From: Azolla caroliniana
Taxonomy: Eukaryota > Plantae > Polypodiophyta
Direction of reading: 5' to 3'
DNA length: 64,000 nucleotides
NCBI GenBank assembly: GCA_043228905.1
Contig: JBHGNT010000021.1
Span: 1,674,001 to 1,738,000, forward strand
Shown: positions 14,900 to 27,494 of the stretch, in pieces
Numbering within the stretch: position 1 is the first letter of the stretch
Layout of the letters: each line of letters opens with the position of its first letter
The notes under the pieces: model-generated
The model's database searches: none
The model's input: only the letters and a program-made list of their open reading frames with translations
What the model was told of the DNA's origin: nothing
Made by a program: the position numbers and the translations under genes

Positions 14900-15250
14900 G
14901 CATTATATTGGGAAACATTGTGTCTACAATATCGAGTGATTTGTCAATAGACAGATCTTGCAAACATCAACAAGGTCAACTATTTTAGTCACTTTGTTGA
15001 AAAAGAACACGTCCACGAGGCATTGGATTTGTTTGGCAATACATGAAAATCTCTAGTTTGACACAATCTCAAAATCAAATATTTGAAAACTTTCAAGTTT
15101 ATGTGACCAATGGACCCATTTAGCTATCAGAGATCCTAATAAACCTTACAAGGTGACATCATATGTGTGACCACTTTTTTGATGAATTTTAAATAAAGGA
15201 CTATTAAATGGTTAGGTTCTACTCAAAGGGATGGAAAGCATGGTGGATTG
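14900..15250 (+). mobile_element. Possible highly decayed Ty3/gypsy RT-RNaseH linker fragment
   Basis: Broken reading resembling Q.IFENFQVYVTNGPI..DPNKPYKVTSYVCD (cf. AFE.LK...T.APIL..PD..KPF.V.TDA.D). Confidence 0.3.
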
Positions 15251-15749
15251 ATAACCTTCAATAACTTTCCGGCCCGTTTTAAAAAAAAGCTTTGTCATGT
15301 CTTATTACCTTGTGCATCAATGAAGTTGCCACTTCCCTATTGTTTGTTGGAGAAATAACACCAAATTATCTAAACCCATTGTTTCTAGAACAAAGGTTTT
15401 GATTTACAAGTGTTCCTCGCTAAAGAATGTTGCCATACAACAGAATCGTAGTTGATAATTACTTTCTCACGTTTGCCCATAGCTCCCACAATTGTACCTT
15501 TTGTGTCTCTATAACCCTCATAATTACATTACCTTCTACATTCGTTGGATGTTGTACCATCTTGCAAGTCTACATTCACACATTTGTTTCTTTGAAACGG
15601 GTCTTTTATTGGCCAAGTACTTTTAAAATGTTTTTGCCCTAGTTTCTTACATTCTTTCTCTTCACTCAAAACTTTTCTTAGTATTACAAGATCCCAATTT
15701 CAAACTTCTATCCATGCATGTATTTGGTTGATAGGCTTTCTCTCTCTCA

Positions 15750-15785
<36 letters not shown>

Positions 15786-15923
15786 CTCTCTCATCGTAAT
15801 TTGTTGCACTATTATACTACCCTCTTTATTACTTCATATCTATCTTCTTAATTTTCCCATCACCTTCTAGTCTCAATTGGGCAATGTTCCCCCCCCCCCC
15901 CCCCCCCCGCCCTTTTCTCTCTC

Positions 15924-16687
15924 GTTTATGCGTGATATAAATGGATCACCCCACTAGAGCCACTTCCATCTAAAATGTTGTACTATAAGGAACACTTCAT
16001 GCACTTCTCTAAGTTAGGTTTTATTACACGACCAAAATATCTAGATGCATTCTTACCAAATGCACTAAGGGTTGCCATTGGACAACTTAGAATATCATCT
16101 CACCAACCTGAGATTGAGAATGGTTGTACTAATGGTGTTCCTAGAGGGGAAAGGATATGTAGATTATGTCACATAGAGATAGAGGATGAGTACCACTTTA
16201 CATGCAAGTGTCCAACTTACGCCGATATAAGGGCAAAATACCGAGACATACTCGATCCCTCTCCCACTGTCCCCAAACTATTAGATACTCTAGATATAAG
16301 GAAATCAGGCAGATATATCTTAGATAAAAAACAATATAGAGAGAATAAACTACAAAATGTTGACGATAACGTTTCTAAGATTCACAAGGAACATGAGCTA
16401 CACCACCTAGAAGCCATTGTTGGGGTACCTTCTACACCGGGACCACGGGTCACACCCACACCGAAACCTTTTGACCTCCCACTTCTTTTCGAGAGGCTTA
16501 GATGGAAATGACACTAGGCCTAGTACAAAGTCATTTCCTTTATCGAATATGTTACATCATAACACATTTTGTACAATACTAAAACTCTTTTAGCTTAAGT
16601 TCTATTTTTATTTTTGATGATTGGGTAAATATTCTATTTTGTTGTACACCAATTGTCTCATGGGCCAATTTTGGCCGTAGAAGACGT

Positions 16688-16690
<3 letters not shown>
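15924..16690 (+). mobile_element. 5'-truncated RTE-X-like LINE (C-terminal CCHC region + 3' UTR)
   Basis: ORF 15975-16511 contains LRISSHQPEIENG..VPRGERICRLCHIEIEDEYHFTCKCPTYADIRAKY. It is followed by (TC)n at 16691-16779 and preceded by (tc)4. A second copy lies at 54933-55655. Confidence 0.75.

Positions 16691-16779
<89 letters not shown>
16691..16779. repeat. (TC)n microsatellite, tail/target of RTE-X-like copy
   Basis: Pure dinucleotide run of ~89 bp. Confidence 0.95.
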
Positions 16780-16783
<4 letters not shown>

Positions 16784-17784
16784 CCTAAACAAGTTCGTGA
16801 GTATGAGTATCACACTTTGATACAATGCTCGACCATGCTTTCCACGCATCCTTGCACGAATTTCTTTCACAACGACAATGTGCACTCTTGATTACAACAT
16901 TCATTGTTACACTTCTTGAACATCGAGAATCGTTGCTCACTTTCATATGTATTACATGAAATCATAGGTCATATTTGACTTTTGAAAATGGTAATAGAAT
17001 CTCTCTCTCTCTCTCTCTTTGTGAAAACACACAATTATATTTATAAATGTGTGTGAAAAACACTACTTACAATGGGTGTCACAATGGATTATGTATGGCC
17101 ACCCACTAACTGCATCGGTAGTGGAACATGTTGAATTGCCAATAGGTAAGACAATCACTCCACCGAGGAAAGAATTTCCACTTGCTCCAATAAAGAAATT
17201 TGTAATATTAGTACTCCAACTTTCATAGATATGCTTTCACTCCATGCCTACCATCAAATACAAAAGCATTGCACATATCCCAATTATGATGCAATCCCCA
17301 ATACCTCAGAAATAGGAAAACTATCTCCATCTCTAATTTTGGATCAACGTATGTGAATTGTGCAAACACCCATTGTTTAGGCATAAAAAAACACTATGAT
17401 AAAACTTACCACATTTGAGAAATGTAACCCCAAATCTAACAAGCAATCAAACATTGTATGAAACGATGAGTACTATCTTCCATTTGAACAATGCCAATGA
17501 AGCAATTGCCCGTTACTAGTCCACATCACTTTAGAGCTAATCCCAAAGGCCTACCCCCAATCAAAACTATCAAAATGAAGACCTTTGCTACAAGTGACAA
17601 TTTGGAATACCAACTACATTTTAAGATATGCCACCATCCATGATCAGATTTATGTGTTGTCCCTTCCTCTCGAACATTAGATGCTGGCCATTGAAGAGAC
17701 TCAATGGAGCAATGCTACAAAAGATTAATAGTCATTTGTAAAAATGGCGTATGATCCTGTAAACACCAATCAATCCACGATTGC

Positions 17785-17931
17785 TGTTACGGGCATGACC
17801 ATATAGTATCTCATGGTGAGAATTTACCGTAGTATTCTATACACGTGGATAAGTGTGAGAGTTAAACGAGAGTGTAAAGAATACTACGGTAAATTCTCAC
17901 CACAAGATACTATATGGTCATGCCCGTAACA
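17785..17931. mobile_element. 147-bp MITE-like hairpin element, 60-bp TIRs, TGT...ACA termini
   Basis: Arms 17785-17844 and 17872-17931 are reverse complements with 3 mismatches. Flanks are ATTGC / ATTGT (5-bp TSD, one transition). Inserted in the L1. Confidence 0.75.
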
Positions 17932-18243
17932 ATTGTTGTTTTGTTTGTAAAGGTAAACGACCTTGCATCAATGCAATATTTTGTAGTTGTCGCCATATAA
18001 ACCCATAATTAGGTGGGATGCGTAATAATTGTCGCACTTGAAAAAACTCCAAAATTCTTTGAGATGGAGCCTTGACTATATCTCCCACTTTTTTGATCCT
18101 CAAATAAAACAAACAATTAAAATGAAAGCGCAATCTCTCCATTCCATGTTGACATAATAATCAAGAATACACAAGTAAGTCCTTTTGCAAAGGATTACAA
18201 TGCTCTCTACTAGATGATGGTTTCTATGTACATTACAAGTAGA

Positions 18244-18679
18244 GTACTTCTTGCCATGAGATAACCAAGTGTTGAACACACGAAGAGCAATGAATCGTAA
18301 GTGAAATACATTCGTTCAGTAATTTCCACAATGAAGCCTTAATCATTGTCGTGTACTTCTTGCCATGAGATAACCAAGTGTTGAACACACGAAGAGCAAT
18401 GAATCGTAAGTGAAATACATTCGTTCAGTAATTTCCACAATGAAGCCTTAATCATTGTCGTGTACTTCTTGCCATGAGATAACCAAGTGTTGAACACACG
18501 AAGAGCAATGAATCGTAAGTGAAATACATTTGTTCAGTAATTTCCACAATGAAGCCTTAATCATTGTCGTGTACTTCTTGCCATGAGATAACCAAGTGTT
18601 GAACACACGAAGAGCAATGAATCGTAAGTGAAATACATTTGTTCAATAATTTCCACAATGAAGCCTTAATCATTGTCGT
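18244..18679. repeat. Tandem repeat, 4 x 109 bp, near-identical
   Basis: Units start at 18244, 18353, 18462 and 18571 (gtacttcttgccatgagataacc...aatcattgtcgt). Only 1-2 substitutions between units. Confidence 0.95.
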
Positions 18680-20090
18680 CCCATGTGTTCAACCCTTGTT
18701 CTCAATGAAATATTAAACAATAGATATTCATGGTTGCAAGTTTGAACACATGTATTACAATAATGAAAATTTACGAGACATCATATGCATAGATAAGTCC
18801 AATATTCCAACTCCCCCAAGGCACTTAGGGGTTGTTAGATGATTCCACGCAACCCATGTGATTCCCATCTTTATCCCTCGTCCTTCACAACAAATATTGA
18901 AGATGTTGCAAAACATAATGCAAAAGCCTTCTTTGTCCAAGGCAACAATAGCAAGCAATATAATATCATGGCCTCCATAATACATTGTACAACCTTCATG
19001 CATACATGATTGTGACTTCTAATACATCCATTCAATCATTGGACCATTTGTAACATTCATTCCCAATGAATACCCCGAGTGTCGAATAATACAACCTTTC
19101 CTAATTTCGGATCCTTGTCATCCTAACATTCTAAATCCCTTTCAATACATGATATGAGGCTAGACTTCCCTAATTAATATTTAATTTGGAAGCCAATGCA
19201 ATTTGGTTCCATACAAGCATCCCATTCTCAAGATTCTCTCATGAGGCTTGTAGAAACATTAAAAAATCATCTACTAATTATTCTCCAGATGGAAGGTGTA
19301 GAGCCACAATGTCACCATTCGTTGCAAGCCTCGATAACATCACTAACAAGTGATGAGTAACAATAGCAAACAACAATGGACTAAGTGGGAATCCTTGATG
19401 AACATATATCGTGACAACAATATCTTATGTAATCCCCCCCCATTAAGCATTACTTGAGACACTGCATTGTCCTAATAAAAATATGATGTGAGACATACGT
19501 GGTCCAAAGCCCATTGTATGCATTAAACTACAAACAAATGACCAATTAACATGATCATAAGCTTTCTACAAATCTAATTCCACCATAATCAATTCTTGAT
19601 GAGTGTGTCGTGCATAATCCATGGGCATTTGAACATTCAACACATCTGCAATATATTTCTACCTACAATAAAACTATATTGGGTGGGATGTATCAATAGT
19701 TGGCAAATACTTTTATAATCTATTTGCCAAGACCTTTGTAAATATATTATACAACCCCGCATCAAAGAAATAGGTCTCCATTGATGAAATGACTCAGGAG
19801 ATGCAACCTTCAGAACTAATTTAATGAGGCCAACCTTCCAAGCTTGAGGCATACAACCATAGGGACAACCATAATCCTAACAATGTTGAAACATCAAAAC
19901 TGTTAGGGTTCCCTTTAAAATGTTCAAATGTCGCTTAAAAACTTCACTTGACAAGCCATCCCCAACCAAGGCACTTACTACTAGGAAGATGCCTGGAAAT
20001 CGTGACAACCTCATCATCTATGAGATCTGCATCCAATTCATGACTAACGAGGACATGCACAATGCAACCAGCCACATCATAAAATTCATG

Positions 20091-20160
<70 letters not shown>

Positions 20161-22576
20161 GTTTCTTATGTTGTTGCACCATAGTCTTAAATTTGAAAGA
20201 ATCCAAGCTCGATCCTTGGCATGAGGCTCAATCTTATCCCATAATTTGCAATTAGTCTAATGCGGATTTAAAACATCTCTTGCTAGGTATCTTCATAAAA
20301 CTAGATATATTAAAACATTATGATACTAAAAACCTCGTTGTCTCTGTTGCAATAATGAGGATCTTATGGAAATGCAAATAATCTGAGGTGTTGTAAATTT
20401 GACATACATACTATAAATGAAACTCTTTCAAGGACAATATGCCACAAAGAGTAGTTGCAAAAACTACCCAAAAGCCACATTCTTTTCCTTCTGCCTACAT
20501 ACTCATGGTATTCCATGGAGATTATCAAACAAGAACCCATTCTCAATCAATTGTACCACATAACTTCAATGTAAACAATCTTTTTAACTTTGGGCTGAAT
20601 TGTGACATAATTCTTAAAATATTCACGTATTGTACTATATGGGAGGTACATGGAGATGCATATGTTCTACAAAGTCCTAGAAGGGACAATAGACTTTGTT
20701 ATGTCATTGTTCCATTTGTGATCATTGCTTGCACTTAGGTCATCAATGGTTGCATAATCACTCTCATCATTGTTATGTAATGACTTTTCAAGTAATTGAT
20801 TCTTGCACCATCCCTTGTGTCAAGGCTTAACATTATCTAGAATATTGCAAAATTCCTTTGGCTTTGTAGAGTGCACAAATTCTTCTTCCTCAACATTTGC
20901 ACATCAAGTATGAACATAGGGGCTTCGCCTACAATCTTATTCATCTTACTACCACCAATATGACGAGGAACCCTTCCATATTTATTGATCTAGTTATAGA
21001 TCTTATCTTATAACCTAGCATTCTCTTGTAGTCCAACTATTTCGTTTGCAATTCAACCATATATTACTGAGCTTTGTAGCAAATTCCATTGCCATATCTT
21101 GTACTTACATATTTTAAGTTTGAGTCCAAATATCCTTATTCTCTTGCTCATTGACCTATGCTCAACTCGTAACAATGAGCATGGTAATTTGCGGTGTGTT
21201 TCGTATGCCCTTATCGAGAGTGTAGCTTCAAATTATATATATACAAAGAGGTTCCGATGATAAATTTCAAAAGTAAGAGGTCTAACAAACTAAAGAACTA
21301 AATAAAGTATACAAATATGTACTAACATGCCAATTCTACTACTAAGAAATATTTTATTAAAGATATACATTGTTAACCATTCAAAGTCATGCAATAAAAT
21401 TAGGAGCACATCATACATGAAAAACAAGAGCATCATCACAATAAGACGACACGTATAACAAGTTTGGAGATGAAGAAATCAAATAAATAGTAGATCCCCA
21501 ATATCATATCATGCCTATTTATAGTGTCACACATGCATTTAGATGTTCTAGTGTGATATTCAACTCTCAAGATAGTCGCACAAAAATTATCATTCATGGG
21601 GCCATTTATTTAAATGCTAGTTATGCAACACAAAAACTTAGAAGTCTTTGCTAAACTCCTCTCACTTTCTTGTAGTGAGCTTAGTTTGCATTCAATTCAC
21701 TTACATATTATATAAGGCGCACAATGGCTTATTGTGCAAACTAATAATATTCACTTAAATACAAAACAAATATGAAATGCACATACTATTGTATTATGAT
21801 TCATGAATATGACATATGATAGGACGATAAGATGTGTCAGCTCATTGTCACGTCATCATATACGAAGCTAGGTTTTTAAGAGTCCTAAAAATGGAAATTT
21901 GATGTCAATAAACCCGTGATTGAATAAAGTATAACTAAGGTGATTTCGTCATCATATAAGTTGTGAGGAAGATATATGTATGTCTACGTGTATTAAGTAG
22001 GTGTAAAGAAGTAACTATTTTATGGATTAATTTGATGACATAATACAATGTGGATATGTAGTGTCAATGATTTGGATTGGGTGTAGTTAAACATCTTGAA
22101 AGACGTGAATTATAAATGATTAAATGTGAAAACAACAGTTAGAGAACAAAAGATCTAAGGAAACCCAAGCTAAGGGAAAACAAAGTTCCCTACTTGCCCA
22201 ATCATGGCAAAAACATTTAAGAATCAAATTATGATGCCATGTACTTGTCGCTTATTAATGTCCAAGCTTTCCATTTCCCATAGGATTATGGATATTGTTA
22301 GGTTTTGGATCTTGATAGTCCAAATTTATAGTTGTGGGGCCAGTCTTAGATTGATAATTGATTGGTTCGGCATCCTACACAACCAAAAGAAATTCCATTA
22401 GATGTCAACAATATTAGTTGTATTATTGAAGTATAAATACAATTCCTTACAATTTGGAATTGGTATTTTTGATAGAATGAATGAATGGTCGTGGCTAGCA
22501 ACTGAATGGGATGTCCATGGCCTCGCACTACATCTCAAAGTGTTTTACAAATGTTAGCATGCAAGATGATCTAGAT

Positions 22577-22960
22577 ACTATCAAATCCGTTAATTATTTA
22601 AGTCACTATTCAAATGGCAAAAGACTTAAAAACTATAGGAAAATAATTATCTTTTTCTCTTGAATCACATATATTAATTGCGTTGCCCATGATTTATCAA
22701 AGGAACAAGTTTATTCAAAACATTTAATTATAGGAAACCATGAGAAATCACTTGTGGAGATCAGTGCACTATCAAATCCGTTAATTATTTAAGTCACTAT
22801 TCAAAGGGGAAAAGACTTAAAAACTATAGGAAAATCATTCTCTTTTTATCTTGAATCACATATATTAGTTGTGTTGCCCATGATTTATCAGGGGGAAACA
22901 AGTTTACTCAAAACGTTTAATTATAGGAAACCATGAGAACTCACTTGTGGAGATTGGTGC
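22577..22960. repeat. Tandem duplication, 2 x ~190 bp
   Basis: actatcaaatccgttaattatttaagtcactattc...cacttgtggagat..gtgc occurs at ~22577 and ~22768 with scattered substitutions. Confidence 0.85.
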
Positions 22961-25900
22961 ATGTCTTGCATCATTACAATTCGGTTGAACTAGAAATATT
23001 GCTAGCATTAAAAGAGCTATATATAATGTATGAGCACGAAAGTATTCCATTTTCACAAGAGTGTTGTAGATAAGTATCTTTGTAAAGTCCAAGAGAGACT
23101 AATGACAAGAGAGAACGAATGAGTTATGATAGATTTCCTCTTGATCAATGAACTAATTAGATCGTGATTTTGTAATCCAATGACTACAATATTGGCTATA
23201 TATATAGGTGACGACAAAAAATAACAAAGGAAGATGACATAAAATAGCAAAGGAAGGTCAATTGCAAGTGAAGGGCATGTGTCAATGAGTTATTATAGAA
23301 ATTGAAAGCATTTAATAACCATAAATCTTTTAAAAGATAATGTCAAATCAAGTGGAGACGCCACTCACATGATGTTTTTCCCTTATCAATTTAGCATTTT
23401 CATTTCAAAATATTATAATAGAGATACGTGTATGTAACCATCAAGTTCATGATTGAAACAGTCACTATTAAAACAATTCGTGAAAATTCAATCACTATAA
23501 ATGATAATATATATTAGCGTGTAAATATAACACTACCATTGTCAAAATGATTAAAAGAAACCATTGAAATTCAAACACTTAAAATGATGATATATACCGA
23601 TGCATAAATATAACACTTGCAAACTTACGATAACTTTAAAAATGATGTGAAATTGATGCAAAATTCTACATCAAAGAGGATTCGACTTTTACAGAAGTCG
23701 ACGAGTTGTATAGTGGCATGACGATTAATTATTATAGATGTTGAGGATGCCAAATTCAGTTATATAATGGCTTTACTTTTCATCGTATCTTATATCACTA
23801 TTCTAAACCTTTCAATTCTTTTATGCTAAGGAATCGTGACTAGTTTAATTTTATGCTTTTAAGGATTTTACCAGTATGGCATAAGGAAGGCTCTTCTTTG
23901 AGCAATCTATTAACTCTACAATGCCATAGTATGAAAGAACAAATGTGAATGCATATAAACCATCGGTTGGTTACTAAAGCATTACCTCCCTCAAATTTTG
24001 GGAAAAGAAAAACAAGTATGATAACCACCTTCCACATGAGAAACGCGATATGTCAATGTTGGTGTAATTAATCAAGATAATATATCAAAAAATGAATAGG
24101 TTGTGGTTTTGGAAGAAAAAGAAATGTGTGTTGATGAAACAAAGAAACGTCTAGGGAAGAACATCATTCTTGGAGGGAAGCACACACCCATGCCATATGT
24201 TCGCATATTAAAGAGAGAAATGTTAACAACATGAAGGGCAAGATGGGTCTCTAGCATTGCTGTTGAGTTACACATGTACCTCCTTATAATAAAATTGAAA
24301 GTAAAATTAAGACCATGCATGCTAGGGCACTCAATCTATTCCCTAAATTTAATTGACAAACGTGAATTTGATGAAAATGCTAAAGCCATTACATTGTTGG
24401 AAAAACATGGTTTTAATGGTTATTTCTAGTTATACTTTGAATGTGGTGAATGAGTACCAAGGATAATTAATAATTTGATTTGGTACATATATGAGATATT
24501 GGTAAAAGTGTTATATTTTTGGTCTCATAGGTCATATTTGAACTCTGAATACGATACTAGTTATCTATCTAGTATTTGGTAAATCTGTCTATCTATCTCA
24601 TAAGAAGAAGAAAAGAAGCATGAAGTATTATCCAGTTTATCTTCCCAACCATAAAACATGCCATTCTATTCGAGTCCGCTCATAAGGACTAACAGGCATG
24701 TGCAACCCCTTGATTTGCACTACTTTATTATTGTGTTTCTAGACTCTATACCTACAACATTATAACATCCAAGTATTGGTCTCACAACAATCATGTGTGA
24801 TTAACCCCACTCCCCTTTGAGTGGTAATCATTCTCAATGATGAAGTTCAGATTACTCTAAAATAGGGTTGTATCGTCTTTGTTGCAATGCAAGTCATCTA
24901 ACGTAAACTCAAAACATCCTTTTATAAGAGACAAAGAGGCCAAAGTGTTATTAAACACTTTCTTATTTGTCCTCCCATGGTTAATGAGGCTCATGTCTTT
25001 AACAAATCTCCTAGTGCATCACCTACTTTCTTGTGATTAGTAAGCATAAGAGACACACATTGGGTAGTTTTTATGGGTTTTTGTGCCCCTGAACTCTGAG
25101 TCTTTCGGTGAACCTCCTTTTCAACATTTTTTATTCCGAAGTGGCATGGTGTTGAATTATGATAGGAGGAACTCTTAGGGATTTTTTGATTATTGTTGAA
25201 GTTTTATGCCTCAACATGATGTAACCAACTGAGGTTTTTATACTTCACCACAATGTAAATAATTGAGGTTTTTATAGCTCAACACAATGAAAGTAGTTTA
25301 TCATTTGTGAAGCATGAGTCAACACAATGGTTCTTTAATTTTACTACTTGCATTTGTGTTATGTACACATAACGTAGGTGAGGTTAGGTCACTAATATTT
25401 ACATATGTGAAGGGTATGTTCACTAATATTAAAAAGGGGACTAATGTGATTGGATAGAAGGAATGATAGGTGCATACACTATTATTATTTGGACAACGAA
25501 TGAATGAAGATATTTTTAAAAAGGCACATCTATTCAAGGGGCCTAGGAAGAGGTATAAATACGAGGCTTAGCTACACTCATAAGGACATTACGTCAGAAG
25601 GCTGTTGTCTTAGACACCGGTGGTGCAAGCTAGGCTTTCGTCTCGACAATCGTGTAATCTCTTCCAACGTATCAGTCATCCTAATATCCAACGGTATGGG
25701 ACGTCAGTGGTAGGTTGGCTATGTCTAGATCATAGCTCGGGGTGGTCGGGTGGAATAGGTTCTTCTATCCAATCTATTTTCCTTATTTTACTTTATTTTG
25801 GTCTATTGATTAGTAATAGACTCTTAACAAGTTGACATGAGAAAGATAATTGTGTGAGATTGTGTGCTTGTCCATGCTAGACTTTAAAGTATTTTAATTT

Positions 25901-27494
25901 AAAATATCCTTGGCAGGTACACCTACGCCTCTTTGTTGTGCTAATATTCTCTATCCTATGACGATATCTGTTGTCTTGGGAAAGGAATATTGGTACAAAT
26001 ATTTGCAAACACCAAAGCTCATTGATTGTGATTTATTAATTTAAATTGTGATAAGTGATTGAAAAAAAAGAAGCAACAAAATTATAAATCTTATGACTAA
26101 ATGTCGGAGACGGTTCCTCCTCACCTTGTTAGCCTAAATGTAGGTGTGGGAGCTTACAAAAAGCTCACCACTAGTATCGAGTGGTGGTTCTATTGTCTAA
26201 CACTAGTGCCAAAAGATATGACACTTTCAATGTCTTGACCAAAAGATTATCCCTTTCTTTTTGGGTGTTCTTCTTGAGAACCCTCAAGAGGTCAATTTGC
26301 GGGGACACCATCATCTACCCTTTTGTGAGTGAGAGGGTTGATGTCACAGACACACCAAGCGTGGACTAGGATGGAGCACAAATGATGGGGCTACGAGTGA
26401 CGGATGAACTTGGAGCTAGATGTGACAAGGCTATGAACTCTAGATGTTGTGAGCAATGAGACTATGAACTTAGGGATCTATGGAGAGCATGAAGACAAAG
26501 ATGAAGAAGGACACAAGATAGAATGAAACGAGAATACTAGACTGATATGTCAATGACTGGTGTTGAATCCCTTGAAAGGGACCAAGGATGTTACAAGTAT
26601 TTATACAATTTCCGAGATTGAATATCTCTAGAATATACTCGAGAATGTTTAAAATAACTACTAGAATAAACTCTAAACACAATTGCATTTTAATCACTTG
26701 CTGAAGACAACAATAGACTTTAGACTTCCCATGCACTTGATAGATCAATGGAATAAGAAATTACCCATTCGCTTGCATTGTCATTAGTCTACATTTAAGT
26801 AATTACAAATTATGAATGACACAATATTTAGGCTCGTAATTTATAATTATGTGAATGAGTAAGGAGAGGGAGAGGCTTTAACTTCTCATTCATCTCGCAA
26901 ACGAAAGAGCAGATGGTGGTATTTTCATGCACATCGATCTCGAGGTGGTTCTCAAGAAGAATGCCGAAGTAAAATGTAGTTTCTAGGAAGATAAGTGAAA
27001 GACGCTACAAATTTTCAATAATGTCCCATGTAAATATTTTGTTTTCTTCAACCTTCCTCGTTTTCTTTATGTTGATTTCCCCCATTGCTCCCCACTAGGA
27101 TAATGTATCTATTTTTGAGTCAAAGATATCTATTAAGTAACTTCTTGTGTGGTATCAAGTGAGTTCTCTTTAGTTACTTTTCAATAGCTTGGAAGTTGGG
27201 ATGTTTCTTTTGCCTTCCCATCTTTTACACGTGTAAATTTAGGAGCCTTTTCTCTTGTTTCTTGGAACTTTCCAACATCGTCTCATGGAGAGCATGCATC
27301 TCCTTGGAATTCACATCCATAATCACTTTCAAAATTCCTTTACCATGCTCTTCCATCTCAGTTGCTTTCTCTTTCGGCGCCTCAAACATTTCATTGTTAT
27401 GTTTAGAAGCTTCTTCAATATTCCTTGCCATGTCTTTGGTTTTCTAAAAGTTTTCATTGGTCTCATCAGTTTGTTTAAAAGCCTTCGTGCCTTG

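Larger units (their letters stand above)
17019..20092 (-). mobile_element. 5'-truncated decayed L1-clade LINE flanked by (GA)n on both ends
   Basis: Minus-strand remnants: ELDADLIDDEV...LPSSKCLG.DGLSSE, WKVGLIKLVLK...QWRPISL (19637-19852), VAWNHLTTPKCLGGVGILDL (18755-19003), and a zf-RVT/C-terminal region matching 53122-53662. (TC)n lies at 17000-17018 and 20093-20125. Confidence 0.8.

Noticed and set aside
16658-16885. ERERER / SLSLSL / YIYIYI ORFs (also 20018, 31101, 53074)
   Set aside because: Translations of dinucleotide microsatellites.
18244-18679. CRISPR-like array
   Set aside because: Units are contiguous 109-bp repeats with no unique spacers, no cas genes are present, and the context is eukaryotic.
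20160-21200. 5' continuation (endonuclease/ORF1) of the 17-20 kb L1
   Set aside because: Only weak hints (IISWN, PQIICI) lie beyond the microsatellite, with no continuity to the RT region; too decayed to assign.
25194-25829. Solo LTR
   Set aside because: TG..CA ends and a TATA are present, but the flanks (attat / agttg) give no TSD, so it is not listed as a feature.
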